IMG/VR virus record: IMGVR_UViG_3300046787_000286 | Coordinates: 16,060 to 80,059 of that record | Reading direction: 5' to 3' (one strand) | DNA length: 64,000 bases | From: a virus | Shown: in pieces, positions 29,695 to 38,991 of the stretch | How the letters are laid out: every line of letters begins with the position of its first letter | Numbering within the stretch: position 1 is the stretch's first letter | Notes under the pieces: generated by a model | What the model saw: the letters and a program-made list of their open reading frames with translations, nothing else | What the model was told of the DNA's origin: nothing | Databases searched by the model: none | Position numbers and translations under genes: made by a program

Positions 29695-30816
29695 TTAATC
29701 CCAGCTAGATGAGCTTGATGAAGAACTGTCGCTTGAGCTAGAGCCACTGTCCCAGCTACTTGAGCTAGATGAGCTATCTGAACTGCTACTCCAACTAGAG
29801 CTTGACTTGCTTGAACTAGAGCTGTCGTCGTCCCAGCTAGAGCTACGTGAGCTAGACTTAGCAGGAGCATCGTCCCAGGAGCTGTCTCGACTTGGGGCAG
29901 GTACTTCACGTACAGTTTCACGAACCACAGTGCGCTCAGTATCGTGCGAGTGGTGCGACCCACTCAACATGTTACCAATCAACACACCAGTCAGCATGTC
30001 GTTGCTACCTGAGTTAGTATGCACTACAGTCTGAGTTGGCTGCACTGCTTGTGCCGAAGTGCGGTACATTCGTGCGCTGGCTTCTGCGGCATCTGCACGG
30101 GCTTGTGCTTCACGGCGCTCTTGTGCTTCAAGGAACAGGCGTTGCTTTTCTGCCGCTTCTTCTTTAACCTGCTTAACCGATTTCAACTTGTCAGGATTCT
30201 CTGGATCGAAACGTTCGTGTCCGTAGTTCTTATGAGCTTTGAGAGCAGCTTCAGCAGCCAGTTCAGCTTTGCGTTCGGCATCTTGTTTGGCAAGCATGTC
30301 CATATGTTCCTGCTTACGCTTTGCATCACGTTCTGCGCGGATGCGATCCAATTCTGCTTCACGTTCTGCTTCTGCTTTTGCTTCGGCTTCTTGTTCTTTA
30401 CGCATATACAGCATGAATGCAAAACCAATTGCACTTGCTAGGATCAACGCCATAATAGTGTTGCGCCAAAAGTGCGTTTCCTCGATGCTCTCAATCTTTG
30501 AAACTTGCGGAGTAATTGCATCCTTTAAACTTTGCACACTTGATGCAGGTGCAAAGTCCAACGTCGGGTTCAACCCTGTTGCAATGTTAAGAGCTTTTTG
30601 TGCTTTTTCCAAGTTACCCATGCCCGCTTGTGCTTGTGCCATTGCATAAAATGCTTTGGCTGACTTGGGATGGTTTTGGATAATTGTTTCCAACCCACTT
30701 GCGGCAGCTTGGTATTGATGTTGTTGGATCAGTGTTTGGATCTGATCAAATGACGCTTCAGCTTGTGCGGCAATTGCCATCAAACCAAACGCTACTGCTA
30801 CTAGAAACTTTTTCAT
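29695..30816 (-). CDS. secreted/membrane protein with TPR-like N-terminal domain, coiled coil and Ser-rich tail
   Basis: signal peptide MKKFLVAVAFGLMAIAAQA; one internal TM segment; EAKAEAEREAE charged coiled coil; SSSSS/SSW low-complexity C-terminus. Confidence 0.5.
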   Translation of the reverse strand: MKKFLVAVAFGLMAIAAQAEASFDQIQTLIQQHQYQAAASGLETIIQNHPKSAKAFYAMAQAQAGMGNLEKAQKALNIATGLNPTLDFAPASSVQSLKDAITPQVSKIESIEETHFWRNTIMALILASAIGFAFMLYMRKEQEAEAKAEAEREAELDRIRAERDAKRKQEHMDMLAKQDAERKAELAAEAALKAHKNYGHERFDPENPDKLKSVKQVKEEAAEKQRLFLEAQERREAQARADAAEASARMYRTSAQAVQPTQTVVHTNSGSNDMLTGVLIGNMLSGSHHSHDTERTVVRETVREVPAPSRDSSWDDAPAKSSSRSSSWDDDSSSSSKSSSSWSSSSDSSSSSSSWDSGSSSSDSSSSSSSSWD

Positions 30817-30824
30817 ACTTGTCC

Positions 30825-31067
30825 TTACTTAGGTGAATACTCTTTGCCGTCAATGATAACCGAAGTAGTTCCGGATTTGTCACTTTGACGAACTGCGGTT
30901 GTGCTGTTTGGGCATCGTGCCACTGTAATGCTTGCACCATCTCCGTCTGTTAAACGAAAGAACTTGCAGTCCTTTAATTCGTCGGGTAGAACTGGATAGT
31001 TTTTAACTCGTGCATCAGGACTGCATCCAGCTAGCACCAACAGTCCGATAATAAACAAATGCTTCAT
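30825..31067 (-). CDS. putative lipoprotein
   Basis: signal peptide with LAGC lipobox. Confidence 0.5.
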   Translation of the reverse strand: MKHLFIIGLLVLAGCSPDARVKNYPVLPDELKDCKFFRLTDGDGASITVARCPNSTTAVRQSDKSGTTSVIIDGKEYSPK

Positions 31068-31096
31068 AGTGTCCTTTTGATGCTGTCTATGTGTAT

Positions 31097-31125
31097 ATTA
31101 TAGCAAATCAATAGTTTTTAGTCAA
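31097..31125 (-). promoter_or_regulatory. sigma70-like promoter TTGACT-N17-TATAAT
   Basis: -10 at 31097-31102, -35 at 31120-31125 (minus strand); member of a repeated promoter family. Confidence 0.6.
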
Positions 31126-31129
31126 CTAA

Positions 31130-31423
31130 TTAGCGTACCTTAAAGAATTGGAACTCTTGGAACAGGACTGTAAAAGCAACGCCTTTGACAGCTGGATTAG
31201 TGCTCTTGCGCACGCCAAACATCTTGGCGCCTTTAGCCAAGTCCATCTCCCAACCCACAAGGGTCATGCCAGCCATGAACAAGATAGCAAGGATGCTCAA
31301 GGGCCACAGGACGCCCAGCAAGAACACAACGCTTACATCTTCGTGCGGTACACGAGCGGCAAATGCACCAACGAGTAGGATAACGCCTGTTGCGTAGATT
31401 GCGTATGCTGTAAGAAAGTCCAT
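31130..31423 (-). CDS. membrane protein
   Basis: 97 aa, three hydrophobic helices. Confidence 0.45.
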   Translation of the reverse strand: MDFLTAYAIYATGVILLVGAFAARVPHEDVSVVFLLGVLWPLSILAILFMAGMTLVGWEMDLAKGAKMFGVRKSTNPAVKGVAFTVLFQEFQFFKVR

Positions 31424-31456
31424 GTTCTACTCCTGTTTGTTGCTGTCTATGTGTAT

Positions 31457-31485
31457 ATTATAGCAAATCGGGCATTATTGGTCAA
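31457..31485 (-). promoter_or_regulatory. sigma70-like promoter TTGACC-N17-TATAAT
   Basis: identical 31-nt core GTTGACCAATAATGCCCGATTTGCTATAATA also present at 34598 and 51223. Confidence 0.65.
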
Positions 31486-31537
31486 CCGTGAAAAAAGGTA
31501 ACACTTTCGTATTACCTTTTGTAGGGGCTAGTTTTTG

Positions 31538-32383
31538 TTATTTGCTTACGTTAATAAACGGGACATTGTTGCCAAGCACAGTGTTGGGCAGTTGACCGTT
31601 CCACTTTTCGATTGCTTGCAATTGTACGTATGCCGCGCCGCCTTGATGTTGAATGGCACTTGCTTGGATCGCAATAGCTTCGGCTTCACCTTTAGCTTGT
31701 GCAATACGGCTCTTAGCTTCAACTTGAATACGTTCGTAGTCTTGATCAGCTCGCAATTTGGCCTGTGTAGCAATAACCTTTTGCTCAATAGCATCTTGAT
31801 ATGCTTTGCTGAATCCAAAGTTAACCAAGCTCACGTTGTTCACAACAATGTTGAATGGTGCCAACTTTTCGCTCAGTCGAGCCATAATGTCTAAGTTAAC
31901 TGCATCGCGTTTGGTGATCAGTTCTTCACTGGTATAGTGACCAACTGCTGACTTAAACGATTCGTTAATAGCCGGTCCTAGCACCTTTGTGTCTACGTCC
32001 AGTCCAAACTCTTTGTAGATGTGCGGCACTTTGTTTGGCGTCAAGCGATAGTTGATAACAATATCAGTATGCACTTGTTGAATATCTTTGGTGCCGGCAC
32101 TTGCGTTATTCAAGTTAGCACGAGCAAGTCGAACGTCAACATACTTGACATTACTAATTGGATTAACAAACTGAGCGCCTTCGGTTAGCACAGTTTGATT
32201 AACTTCGCCCATTGTAATCTGCACACCCACGTGACCAGCAGGCACAATAGTGAATGAGCTATAGATTACACCAATAGCAAAGATTACAATACCTGCTACA
32301 TTAGCCAGCACTTTTTGCTGGAGGAAAACTGCAATAGCCGCAGATGCAACTACTGCAAGAATAAAGAAAAATACAATTGTAAA
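31538..32383 (-). CDS. SPFH/band-7 (prohibitin/HflC-like) membrane protein
   Basis: N-terminal TM anchor then the band-7 region (VPAGHVGV...); start moved to MFTIVFFF, which overlaps the upstream small gene's stop (TAATG). Confidence 0.7.
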   Translation of the reverse strand, partial: FTIVFFFILAVVASAAIAVFLQQKVLANVAGIVIFAIGVIYSSFTIVPAGHVGVQITMGEVNQTVLTEGAQFVNPISNVKYVDVRLARANLNNASAGTKDIQQVHTDIVINYRLTPNKVPHIYKEFGLDVDTKVLGPAINESFKSAVGHYTSEELITKRDAVNLDIMARLSEKLAPFNIVVNNVSLVNFGFSKAYQDAIEQKVIATQAKLRADQDYERIQVEAKSRIAQAKGEAEAIAIQASAIQHQGGAAYVQLQAIEKWNGQLPNTVLGNNVPFINVSK

Positions 32384-32385
32384 CA

Positions 32386-32544
32386 TTATTTGATCCCACA
32401 AGCCGTTTTGATTTTGTCTGCTTCGACGCCGGCTTTGATAGCCTCGATGCGACATTGATTGTTACCGTATTCGATGATCACCAAGGGTGAAAACATTATT
32501 ACGATAAACCCCATGAACATACCAACGATCCACTTATCACTCAT
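32386..32544 (-). CDS. small membrane protein (52 aa)
   Basis: GGAGG RBS 6 nt upstream; hydrophobic helix; coupled to the SPFH gene. Confidence 0.4.
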   Translation of the reverse strand: MSDKWIVGMFMGFIVIMFSPLVIIEYGNNQCRIEAIKAGVEADKIKTACGIK

Positions 32545-32782
32545 TTGTTACCTCCGGAACGTCTTTCCAGGCACTCCACTGCATGTTAGCAGTTTTTGCA
32601 AGACTTTCATTGTCCCACATGCCTGCAGCCGCAGCACGAATTGTAACGTCAACCATTTGACGATACTGTAGCTTCTGCTTAACCACTGTGTGTTTGTCAA
32701 ACTCCTTACCAAATTGGATTTCGTGCGCAGGAGGAACAATGTATTCTTCCTCCTCCCGGGCTAGCCACCGCATCTCTATCAT
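32537..32782 (-). CDS. hypothetical protein
   Basis: 81 aa ORF. Confidence 0.35.
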   Translation of the reverse strand: MIEMRWLAREEEEYIVPPAHEIQFGKEFDKHTVVKQKLQYRQMVDVTIRAAAAGMWDNESLAKTANMQWSAWKDVPEVTNE

Positions 32783-34090
32783 TTAGCGACCTTTCTTTTC
32801 TTCGTCGTAGTAGGCGTATTGTCCCCATGGTGGAACAATGGTAGTAGTTCCGTGCAAGATAAACACTGTGTCAGTGTAGTTCTCGTCGCCCCAGCTACCA
32901 AATGGGTAACCGTCAGTAAACATAATCAAACGCTTGGGTTCAATTTCTTCTGCCTTCAAGTAGTTGTAAACACAGTCAAAGTCTGTGCCACCGCCACCTT
33001 TGACTTCGTAGTCACAGATTGAATCTAAGTTTTCTGAATCGTACTGAGCAGGATTGTATGCTTCAGTATCAAACGTCACAACGTGAATCTTGTAAGCAGG
33101 GAACGAGTCCATGATGCCTTGGATCTCACTCAAGAAGTCCTTTAGCATGCTTTCTGAAATAGAACCAGATGCGTCCAATGCCACAGCAATGTCAATCATT
33201 GGGTCCAGTTTCATGCCAGGCATAACTGCATCCATGTGCCAGCCTTTGCGGCTTGAGCGCATCCATGTGTAGTCGGACTTGATAGTAGATTCCAATTGCA
33301 TACGCAACAGTTCACGCCAGTTCATCTTTGGCTCAGTCAAGTCATTGATCATGCGTTTGACGCCAGCTGGGATATTGCCTGCATCTTGTGTGGCACTTGC
33401 CGCTGCCAACATAGCTTCTTTGATCTCGTCCTTGATAGCGTCGCGATCAGCCTGGCTCAACTTTGGACGACCTTTGCCTTCTTGGTCGCCGTCGCCGTCG
33501 CCGTCACCTTCGCCATCCAAATGCTCGTCGATCATTTTGTCCAACAAGTCACTCATGTTGATCTTTTGAGCGTTTTGCATCAAGTCGTCATAAACTTCTT
33601 CTGAGCTCATGCCTTCGTATTTTTTGTCATACAAGCAAGGCACAGTAGTAATCATTTCGCCCACGTTGTGCTTTTTCAAGTCTGCGTTAACACAGAAGTC
33701 GTTGGCAAAGTTCCAGATTTTTGGATCACGATCGCCACGGCGACCAAAGTGATCATAAACGCAGTGTAACACTTCGTGTCCAAACAAGAATTCAATTTCC
33801 TTTGGACGAAGCATTTCAACGAAACGAGTGTTGTAATAAAAATTACGGCCGTCAGTTGCCGCAGTACCGCACCATTCATCGGCATTGATCAACTTCAAAC
33901 GAGTGGCCAAGTTACCAAAGAAGCTGGCTTTCAACAGCAAGCCCACGCGGGCAGTGATCAGTTTTTCGCGAACTTTGCGATCCAGTGCTGGGTCTGTAGG
34001 GCCGATAAGATCTTTAAACTTAGCTGACTCTTTGCTGTCGGCAGTAGTGCCAGCAGTAGCATGCAGTACGTCTGGGTTAAAATATTGCAT
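32783..34090 (-). CDS. von Willebrand factor A domain protein (CobT-like partner of the CobS ATPase)
   Basis: MIDAS motif DASGS; acidic D/G-rich linker; vWA fold. Confidence 0.65.
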   Translation of the reverse strand: MQYFNPDVLHATAGTTADSKESAKFKDLIGPTDPALDRKVREKLITARVGLLLKASFFGNLATRLKLINADEWCGTAATDGRNFYYNTRFVEMLRPKEIEFLFGHEVLHCVYDHFGRRGDRDPKIWNFANDFCVNADLKKHNVGEMITTVPCLYDKKYEGMSSEEVYDDLMQNAQKINMSDLLDKMIDEHLDGEGDGDGDGDQEGKGRPKLSQADRDAIKDEIKEAMLAAASATQDAGNIPAGVKRMINDLTEPKMNWRELLRMQLESTIKSDYTWMRSSRKGWHMDAVMPGMKLDPMIDIAVALDASGSISESMLKDFLSEIQGIMDSFPAYKIHVVTFDTEAYNPAQYDSENLDSICDYEVKGGGGTDFDCVYNYLKAEEIEPKRLIMFTDGYPFGSWGDENYTDTVFILHGTTTIVPPWGQYAYYDEEKKGR

Positions 34091-34116
34091 AGGTATCCTT
34101 TGTTGTGTTATGTGTT

Positions 34117-34145
34117 AGTATAGCAGATCACAATTTACTGGTCAA
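34117..34145 (-). promoter_or_regulatory. sigma70-like promoter TTGACC-N17-TATACT
   Basis: -10 at 34117-34122, -35 at 34140-34145, upstream of the vWA gene. Confidence 0.55.
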
Positions 34146-34149
34146 CGTA

Positions 34150-34563
34150 TTACTTGACTAATGCGTAGGGTTTATCCCAGCGGCCAATGTTGATGTCAAT
34201 GTAGTGCGAGCGATGAAAGTAATCTGTTTGGATGTCGCTGTGATCAAAGTAGTCTGGGCCTTTCATTGCCGCAACAATCTCAGTCAAAAACGTTTTAGCA
34301 ACACCGCTGAAGTGCTCGTGATACCAGTATGTGTTGACATCGATAGAGTTAGTAGCAGGTTGAAATGGCAAGTGTTCTGGGCGAGATTTTGCACCGCATA
34401 CTTGGTTGTAATTGCCAATGAAGTCGATGCCACCTTGCTGGATGTTAAGCACAAGGCTGGAGTGATGACGAACTGCAAGGCTAGCTTTGACACCGTACTT
34501 TTTGCAGATTGCTTTGATAGCTGGTGCCAATTTTGCTTTCATTTCCTGGGATACAAATGCCAT
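34150..34563 (-). CDS. hypothetical protein
   Basis: 137 aa ORF, promoter upstream. Confidence 0.45.
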   Translation of the reverse strand: MAFVSQEMKAKLAPAIKAICKKYGVKASLAVRHHSSLVLNIQQGGIDFIGNYNQVCGAKSRPEHLPFQPATNSIDVNTYWYHEHFSGVAKTFLTEIVAAMKGPDYFDHSDIQTDYFHRSHYIDINIGRWDKPYALVK

Positions 34564-34597
34564 CTCAAACTCCTGTTTTGTTGCTGTCTATGTGTAT

Positions 34598-34626
34598 ATT
34601 ATAGCAAATCGGGCATTATTGGTCAA
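34598..34626 (-). promoter_or_regulatory. sigma70-like promoter TTGACC-N17-TATAAT
   Basis: identical core to 31457..31485. Confidence 0.65.
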
Positions 34627-34661
34627 CCAAAAAGTGTAACTTAAAAAGTAGTACTAGAGTA

Positions 34662-34949
34662 TTACAAATTCAAGTACTTTAGCTGGAACCAGCTTTGTGC
34701 TTTGTCGTCAAAGAAATCTAGATGTACTTGGTCTTCGTAGTGCATGTTGGTACCATTATTAGTCTTGTGTTCGTTTGGTACGAGCCCTTGGTGGTAGCGA
34801 TATGTAAACCCAAGCTCACGTTTCATTCGCGGTCGCACTGCCATGCCCATGCCAAAGTCCCGGAGGATGCTTGCATAGATGTCTGACCACTCTCCAGGAT
34901 TGTGAAAGATGATTAGATGTTTTTTAACAGTGACTTTGCTCACGACCAT
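34662..34949 (-). CDS. small protein, WF.LK-motif paralog family
   Basis: C-terminal ..QSWFQLKYLNL. Confidence 0.4.
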   Translation of the reverse strand: MVVSKVTVKKHLIIFHNPGEWSDIYASILRDFGMGMAVRPRMKRELGFTYRYHQGLVPNEHKTNNGTNMHYEDQVHLDFFDDKAQSWFQLKYLNL

Positions 34950-35311
34950 CCACCGCCTAGCCGTTTCCAGGCCAGCCGTTGTTCCATTATTAATTTGAAC
35001 TTACGTGCTTCATCTTCTTTGATAAATTTGCAGCCAATAACCACATGATGATCTGATACGTATCGCGCGGCGCCTTCTTGATCTTGGAACCATGCAGCTT
35101 CGTTGAGATACATAGTTTCAAATTGGTCCGGCTTGTTGTATTCATGCACGCCGAGTATGGCCTCAACAACACCAATGTCATCAAACAAGATTGCCAACAA
35201 GTTTTTGGCTTTGTTTGCATTGTTTACAACAACCATTTCAAATCCAGGCCAGCTCACTGACCAGTGATTATCAGGCAAGTCTTTTAAAACAAAACGTTCT
35301 GTTACTTCCAT
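34940..35311 (-). CDS. small protein, paralog family (divergent)
   Basis: part of the tandem overlapping array. Confidence 0.35.
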   Translation of the reverse strand: MEVTERFVLKDLPDNHWSVSWPGFEMVVVNNANKAKNLLAILFDDIGVVEAILGVHEYNKPDQFETMYLNEAAWFQDQEGAARYVSDHHVVIGCKFIKEDEARKFKLIMEQRLAWKRLGGGWS

Positions 35312-35610
35312 TTTAACATCAACATGGTGTAAAGTTTTTCGTGCATGTCAAACACATTGAAGTGCATGTACCACTGCTTATCTATATGCTCGTGTCTGTG
35401 CCACATGTCGGGATCTTGTTCTTGCACCCAGCCACTAACTAGGCTAGGCTTACATTGTACTGTATACCAGGTTTCTCCGTCAACTTGGGCTTGATCCAAA
35501 ATGCGAATTGCTGGCGGGTTCGCTATGTCCATGTATGTGCTTTTGCCCGTTTGTTGAGCAGCCATTAGTGTAGTAATTTGGCCTTTACGCCATCCTGTTG
35601 CTGTGGTCAT
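35302..35610 (-). CDS. small protein, paralog family
   Basis: C-terminal ..YTMLMLKWK. Confidence 0.35.
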   Translation of the reverse strand: MTTATGWRKGQITTLMAAQQTGKSTYMDIANPPAIRILDQAQVDGETWYTVQCKPSLVSGWVQEQDPDMWHRHEHIDKQWYMHFNVFDMHEKLYTMLMLKWK

Positions 35611-35827
35611 CTAATAAGATTTCAAAAAGTGTTGCGTATTGTGTTTCGGGTTCCATGTGAAACCCTGAACCCCAAACTATCCATACCTTACGCTTATATG
35701 CCTGCTGCCAGCCAATACGTTGTCCTGTAATTGTCTTGCGTGGCCACATAACAAATGTCTTGGTCCAAGGATAACAATCTGCTCCATCGGTAATAATTTG
35801 TTTTATTTCCATCGTAACAAAAACCAA
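35585..35827 (-). CDS. small protein (array member)
   Basis: 80 aa. Confidence 0.3.
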   Translation of the reverse strand: MVFVTMEIKQIITDGADCYPWTKTFVMWPRKTITGQRIGWQQAYKRKVWIVWGSGFHMEPETQYATLFEILLDDHSNRMA

Positions 35828-36063
35828 TCACGGTCTGCTTCATTTCTAAACCAAAACTTAGCATTGTTTACATACCAACGACAGCTAGGTGTAAACACAC
35901 CATCTTTAGGAGTGGGACCAAATGTTTCTACACACCACGCAACCATGTTATTCCAAGTGTCAATCCCGCCCCAGTCACCGGCTGGATCCCAGTTGGGCAC
36001 TGGCTTCACAGTCCAGTACCTTGCACCAAATACTCGACCTTCGTTGATCTCAAATTGTCTCAT
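35803..36063 (-). CDS. small protein, paralog family
   Basis: C-terminal ..DRDWFLLRWK. Confidence 0.4.
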   Translation of the reverse strand: MRQFEINEGRVFGARYWTVKPVPNWDPAGDWGGIDTWNNMVAWCVETFGPTPKDGVFTPSCRWYVNNAKFWFRNEADRDWFLLRWK

Positions 36064-36323
36064 GAAAACTTCAGCGCAAATATTGTAGCATCCTCGTCGT
36101 CTTCAAACTCAACAAATTTGCCAGCCCAATCGGGTGCCATATAGGACGGCGCCTGGCAATTCTGTTTGCACCAGTAATGAATTTCGCCCCAGTTATATTT
36201 GGGGTTGTAAGTTGCTCTGTGCAATTTTGGCACTTTAAAAGTTGGATGTTCTTTCCAAGGGTAAGTGTATGTAATCATGCTGTTCCAAATTTTAATGCAA
36301 ACATTATAGCAGGCTGTTCCCAC
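36060..36323 (-). CDS. small protein, paralog family
   Basis: C-terminal ..EDDEDATIFALKFS. Confidence 0.4.
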   Translation of the reverse strand: MGTACYNVCIKIWNSMITYTYPWKEHPTFKVPKLHRATYNPKYNWGEIHYWCKQNCQAPSYMAPDWAGKFVEFEDDEDATIFALKFS

Positions 36324-36604
36324 TCGAACTGATATGTGACATATCCATTGTCAAACTCTCTAGTGTCTAAGTACCAACGCTGAAAGTAGCCTGTACCAGT
36401 TACTGGGTACGCTTCACACCATTCATATGCGCCTTCACAAGCATCACGGCGCAGCCGCACCTTGTAGCGAAAGTCTGGGTTTGATCGGCCGCCGCCACCG
36501 TAGAACTTTTCCATTAACTCCACCTCAAACAAAATGCAGTCAGAGTTGACGTATTGGGGAATACCACAGTCATTCCAACAAATGCAGAACCGTTGTCCCA
36601 GCAC
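36275..36604 (-). CDS. small protein, paralog family
   Basis: C-terminal ..QPAIMFALKFGTA. Confidence 0.4.
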   Translation of the reverse strand: MLGQRFCICWNDCGIPQYVNSDCILFEVELMEKFYGGGGRSNPDFRYKVRLRRDACEGAYEWCEAYPVTGTGYFQRWYLDTREFDNGYVTYQFEWEQPAIMFALKFGTA

Positions 36605-36723
36605 CAGTTTCGCAATTCAGTTTCATGATCTGCCCAGTAATGGAAGTCTGACAGTATAACCATTTGTTCGGCGTCAGTTAACACGCAAGGGACGACAATG
36701 AATCTCTCTTGAGTTGAAACCAT
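36514..36723 (-). CDS. small protein (array member)
   Basis: 69 aa. Confidence 0.25.
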   Translation of the reverse strand: MVSTQERFIVVPCVLTDAEQMVILSDFHYWADHETELRNWCWDNGSAFVGMTVVFPNTSTLTAFCLRWS

Positions 36724-36962
36724 GTTGCATCCTTGTGTGCTTTAAAGTATATGTCGCACCATTTGCGTTTAATAACAGCAGGAGCAGAGTCAAGCCATTC
36801 ATATCGTGTCCGATGAAACCATGTGCCTTTTCTAGTGCCACCTTTGCCAAATAAATTTTGTGCAAGTATTAGAGCATTAAACACATGCTCGTCATAATCT
36901 TTACGAGTCCACCATCCGTTGCCTTGTTCTTCTGCTAGTACACTAATTCTTGTAGACTTCAA
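36678..36962 (-). CDS. small protein, paralog family
   Basis: C-terminal ..KDATWFQLKRD. Confidence 0.4.
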   Translation of the reverse strand: MKSTRISVLAEEQGNGWWTRKDYDEHVFNALILAQNLFGKGGTRKGTWFHRTRYEWLDSAPAVIKRKWCDIYFKAHKDATWFQLKRDSLSSLAC

Positions 36963-36966
36963 TTGA

Positions 36967-37209
36967 TCAACCCCACTTTAATTTAAAGATCATAGCGTCC
37001 GAACTTTTTTCAAATGCAAATTTACGCATTGCAAAACTTCCAACCCAATGTCCACTACACCGGCTATTGCACCAAATAGTGAGTCCCATCCAACTTGTTG
37101 CCGCAGTATGTTCGTCTCCAGGCTCTAGCACAGTCCAGCCACGTTTGACAGCACCGCGCACACTCCGGGGATTTGACACTTTGTATGGTAAATGATATCC
37201 TCTAGACAT
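36967..37209 (-). CDS. small protein, paralog family
   Basis: C-terminal ..SSDAMIFKLKWG. Confidence 0.4.
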   Translation of the reverse strand: MSRGYHLPYKVSNPRSVRGAVKRGWTVLEPGDEHTAATSWMGLTIWCNSRCSGHWVGSFAMRKFAFEKSSDAMIFKLKWG

Positions 37210-37591
37210 TTGTTATATCAATTGGGTGAGACAACTGGAACCAACCAAGTTCTTTTTCACTGGCCAAGTAGATTCGATAGTCATTGTATTGCACAGAGTA
37301 AGCCCAATGCTGGTTGATGTCTTCATCTTGTACCACAGTATTAATTGGATCCATTCTGCGTTGTAACAAGTTGGAACGAGTCTCCACGTCTTGTGACCAA
37401 CCCCAATTAGTAGTCATCCAACGTCTAGAACGATCAAAGTCTAATACGCCAGTGCCTTTCCAGGTGCTTTTAGAAAACTCTAGCATATAAGCAAATTGAG
37501 CACACCAGCTATGTCGACGATCTAATTTAGTTACTTCGTATCTCATAATAAAGAAAAAGGCTGTGGGGGACACAGCCTGTGCAACCCCCAC
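37202..37591 (-). CDS. small protein, paralog family
   Basis: ..EKELGWFQLSHP. Confidence 0.4.
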   Translation of the reverse strand: MGVAQAVSPTAFFFIMRYEVTKLDRRHSWCAQFAYMLEFSKSTWKGTGVLDFDRSRRWMTTNWGWSQDVETRSNLLQRRMDPINTVVQDEDINQHWAYSVQYNDYRIYLASEKELGWFQLSHPIDITNV

Positions 37592-37602
37592 TGCCTTCTA
37601 GT

Positions 37603-38694
37603 TTAGGCCGAAGCCTGCAAAATGTACTTGCCGTACTTGTCGTGGAACTGATCAAAGTTCTTCAACTTGGTAGGCTGGAATGGCAAGTTGTATGTGGTAA
37701 GCGCAATACGAGCACCCATCACAACCAACTCAGTTTCAAAGTTCTTCATCATGTATGAGAAGAAGTTATCTGCCATTTCGTGGAACTTCTTAGAATCCAC
37801 TTTTGCTTCCACTGCACCCTTCAATTCGTAGCACATGGAAATCACCAGTGAGTACATCGCTGACACTTCCTTGACATTCAAGTCCATGACCTTGCCTGAC
37901 AAAATGTCTTCTGGCTTGGGCATGCGACCTGCAATCTTACGGTGAGCCATAAACTTCACAGCAAGACCTTCGCCAACAGTACCTGCAATCAAGTTGGTTG
38001 CTGTTTCGTCATCTACAGTTTCGTCATCCAACAGCTGGCTCACAAAGGTCCATGAACGTGGAGTAGCGAACGCCCGGCTTGCAGATTTTGCATCAAAGTC
38101 ATACAAGTCTTGCTTGGCAAAGCTCAAGTAACCCACAACGTCTTTGTTGATGTTGGCGTTAACGGCCCATTCTTGCCAGCTTGGGAAGTCAACACGCATT
38201 TCTTGGTGAACAAAACGGTTGCTCAACGGAGTTGGCATACGATATGTCACACCTTTGTCTGACTCACGGTTACCTGCGGCAACCATAACCACGTTGTCTG
38301 GCAACATATACTTGCCAATACGACGGTTCAAAATCAACTGATAAGCCGCAGATTGCACAGAAGGTGCAGCCGAGTTCATTTCGTCCAAGAACAACACCAC
38401 AACTGGGTATTGTGCGGCAGTTTCTGCGTCGGGCAAGTCAACTGGAGCTGCCCAGTCCATTTTGCCATTGTCTTTGTTGTAGAATGGGATACCACGAATG
38501 TCTGTGGGCTCCATCTGACCTAAACGCAAGTCATACATGATACCACCGAGGTCCTTGGTAATACCTTCAACAAGCTCTGACTTACCGATACCAGGAGGGC
38601 CCCACAAGAAGATTGGGCGTTTAACTTTGAAAGCCTGCAAAATGGATTTACGGGCTTGGACTGCGGTAACGGTACGTGCATCTGATACTGACAT
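37603..38694 (-). CDS. cobS: CobS-like AAA+ ATPase (MoxR/CbbQ family)
   Basis: Walker A GPPGIGKS, Walker B LFLDE; same size and architecture as the phage CobS proteins reported from cyanophages and pelagiphages. Confidence 0.75.
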   Translation of the reverse strand: MSVSDARTVTAVQARKSILQAFKVKRPIFLWGPPGIGKSELVEGITKDLGGIMYDLRLGQMEPTDIRGIPFYNKDNGKMDWAAPVDLPDAETAAQYPVVVLFLDEMNSAAPSVQSAAYQLILNRRIGKYMLPDNVVMVAAGNRESDKGVTYRMPTPLSNRFVHQEMRVDFPSWQEWAVNANINKDVVGYLSFAKQDLYDFDAKSASRAFATPRSWTFVSQLLDDETVDDETATNLIAGTVGEGLAVKFMAHRKIAGRMPKPEDILSGKVMDLNVKEVSAMYSLVISMCYELKGAVEAKVDSKKFHEMADNFFSYMMKNFETELVVMGARIALTTYNLPFQPTKLKNFDQFHDKYGKYILQASA

Positions 38695-38735
38695 GGGCTG
38701 TGCCTTTCTGTTTAAAAATTAACTACTGAAACTCT

Positions 38736-38764
38736 ATTATAGCAAAAGTTGATTTATTGGTCAA
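38736..38764 (-). promoter_or_regulatory. sigma70-like promoter TTGACC-N17-TATAAT
   Basis: -10 at 38736-38741, -35 at 38759-38764, upstream of cobS. Confidence 0.6.
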
Positions 38765-38767
38765 CTA

Positions 38768-38932
38768 TTAGCTGTTGATTGTTGCAAACGGACTGTTGTT
38801 TTCATGCAACTGTTCTTGCTCTTCGAAGATCCAAGAAATTGGAATATCAAGCGCATAAGCAATGTCAACTGGTTCTTCGCCACGCTCAAGGCGCTCTTGG
38901 ATCATTATTGATAAATCACTCATCTTGCTCAT
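38768..38932 (-). CDS. small acidic protein (54 aa)
   Basis: start moved to MSKMSDL, which has an AAGGAG RBS; the annotated longer start lies upstream of the promoter's predicted transcription start. Confidence 0.4.
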   Translation of the reverse strand: MSKMSDLSIMIQERLERGEEPVDIAYALDIPISWIFEEQEQLHENNSPFATINS

Positions 38933-38962
38933 TTGCAACTCCTTGTTTCTTACTATGTACAT

Positions 38963-38991
38963 AGTATAGCAAAAACAGAATTAATGGTCAA
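38963..38991 (-). promoter_or_regulatory. sigma70-like promoter TTGACC-N17-TATACT
   Basis: -10 at 38963-38968, -35 at 38986-38991. Confidence 0.5.
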
